A DNA stretch of 64,000 nt from Blastocystis sp. Blastoise (Eukaryota; Protista; Bigyra: Opalinata). The position numbers and the translations under genes were made by a program. Under the pieces are notes generated by a model that saw nothing but the letters and a program-made list of their open reading frames with translations, searched no databases and had not been told where the DNA came from. The stretch lies in assembly GCA_039096225.1 (NCBI GenBank), contig JBBPEB010000003.1:248001-312000 (forward strand). Direction: 5' to 3'. Of the stretch, positions 63,206-64,000 are shown in pieces; the first letter of the stretch is position 1; every line of letters starts with the position of its first letter.

Positions 63206-63675
63206 TTACTGATTATAATGTTTTAATGTATTTAAAGCCAACTCTTTTACTGCGGGATTTGAATCTTCTGCACATATACTTAAATACGTAATGATATTAA
63301 TATTTTCATTTTTATCCGTATTAATATTCAGTAATAATTCCAACAATTTACATGTATCCTTTATAGTAGAGTAGTTATATAATAATAGTAGTTATATAGT
63401 ATAGTGTATAATAGAATATAGTTGATGGAAATAATAAATAGTATATCATTAATTGAATATAATAAATAGTATATCATTAATTGAATTTAATGAATATAAA
63501 TGTATATAATAGCATATATTATAAAGAATAAAATAATAAATAATATATATATATATATCATTACAAGTCTTATATTAATGATTTTGTCCTTAGTAAGTAT
63601 AGAAAATGCAGGATAGAGAGTAGGTATAGTATTAGATATACGATCAAATGGAGAGGAATAGAGAGACAGAAGAGT
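63206..63675 (-). CDS. Last two exons of a probable HEAT/ARM-repeat protein; gene continues beyond the window
   Basis: GT-AG-joined exons TLLSLYSS...INIRL|DTCKLL...EDSNPAVKELALNTLKHYNQ*. The D-x-x-x-x-V-K-x-x-A pattern is HEAT-like. Confidence 0.5.
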
Positions 63676-63687
63676 CTATTATTTATA

Positions 63688-63975
63688 TAATAAATAATAA
63701 ATAATAAATAATAAATAATAAATAATAAATAATAAATAATAAATAATAAATAATAAATAATAAATAATAAATAATAAATAATAAATAATAAATAATAAAT
63801 AATAAATAATAAATAATAAATAATAAATAATAAATAATAAATAATAAATAATAAATAATAAATAATAAATAATAAATAATAAATAATAAATAATAAATAA
63901 TAAATAATAAATAATAAATAATAAATAATAAATAATAAATAATAAATAATAAAATAATAAATAATAAATAATAAA
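63688..63975. repeat. (TAAATAA)n heptamer tandem repeat, intronic
   Basis: About 40 tandem copies directly upstream (minus strand) of an AG acceptor. It generates the spurious (YYLLFII)n ORF. Confidence 0.92.
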
Positions 63976-64000
63976 TAAAATAATAATAATATATACATTA

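Noticed and set aside
63688-63975. (TAAATAA)n as a telomere-like repeat
   Set aside because: Lacks a G-rich strand and lies within an intron directly before an AG acceptor.

Overview
Very AT-rich, intron-dense eukaryotic genomic DNA. Introns are mostly GT-AG and often inflated by (TA)n/(TAT)n microsatellites, so most short ORFs in the supplied track are exon-plus-intron read-through or repeat artefacts. Manual splicing gives 19 protein genes: two tandem ABC1/ADCK kinases, a DUF1295 protein, an inward-rectifier K+ channel, prolidase, a SufC-SufB (SmsCB) fusion, a myristoylated EF-hand protein, eIF4A3, a BTB+LRR-like protein, a hAT transposase, two tandem large secreted Cys-rich proteins, a Tat-SF1-like RRM/UHM protein, a phospholipase B-like protein, a Parkin-like RBR ligase, a Mei2-like RRM protein, eIF3i, PIG-C and a partial HEAT-like gene. 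There is also a tRNA-Lys(CTT). The SufCB fusion and gene style suggest an anaerobic stramenopile of the Blastocystis lineage (inference). Highlights: (1) an apparently intact 5953-bp Buster-type hAT transposon with 12-bp TIRs and an 8-bp TSD, whose spliced transposase has a ~200-aa extra domain and which carries a tRNA-like Pol III-type element; (2) a 140-bp MITE of the same family, with both copies sitting just upstream of genes beside shared host motifs; (3) a Parkin-like ligase with no Ubl or REP; (4) a U12-type AT-AC intron; (5) several non-canonical splice junctions whose odd bases copy the spliced mRNA, possibly a polishing artefact.
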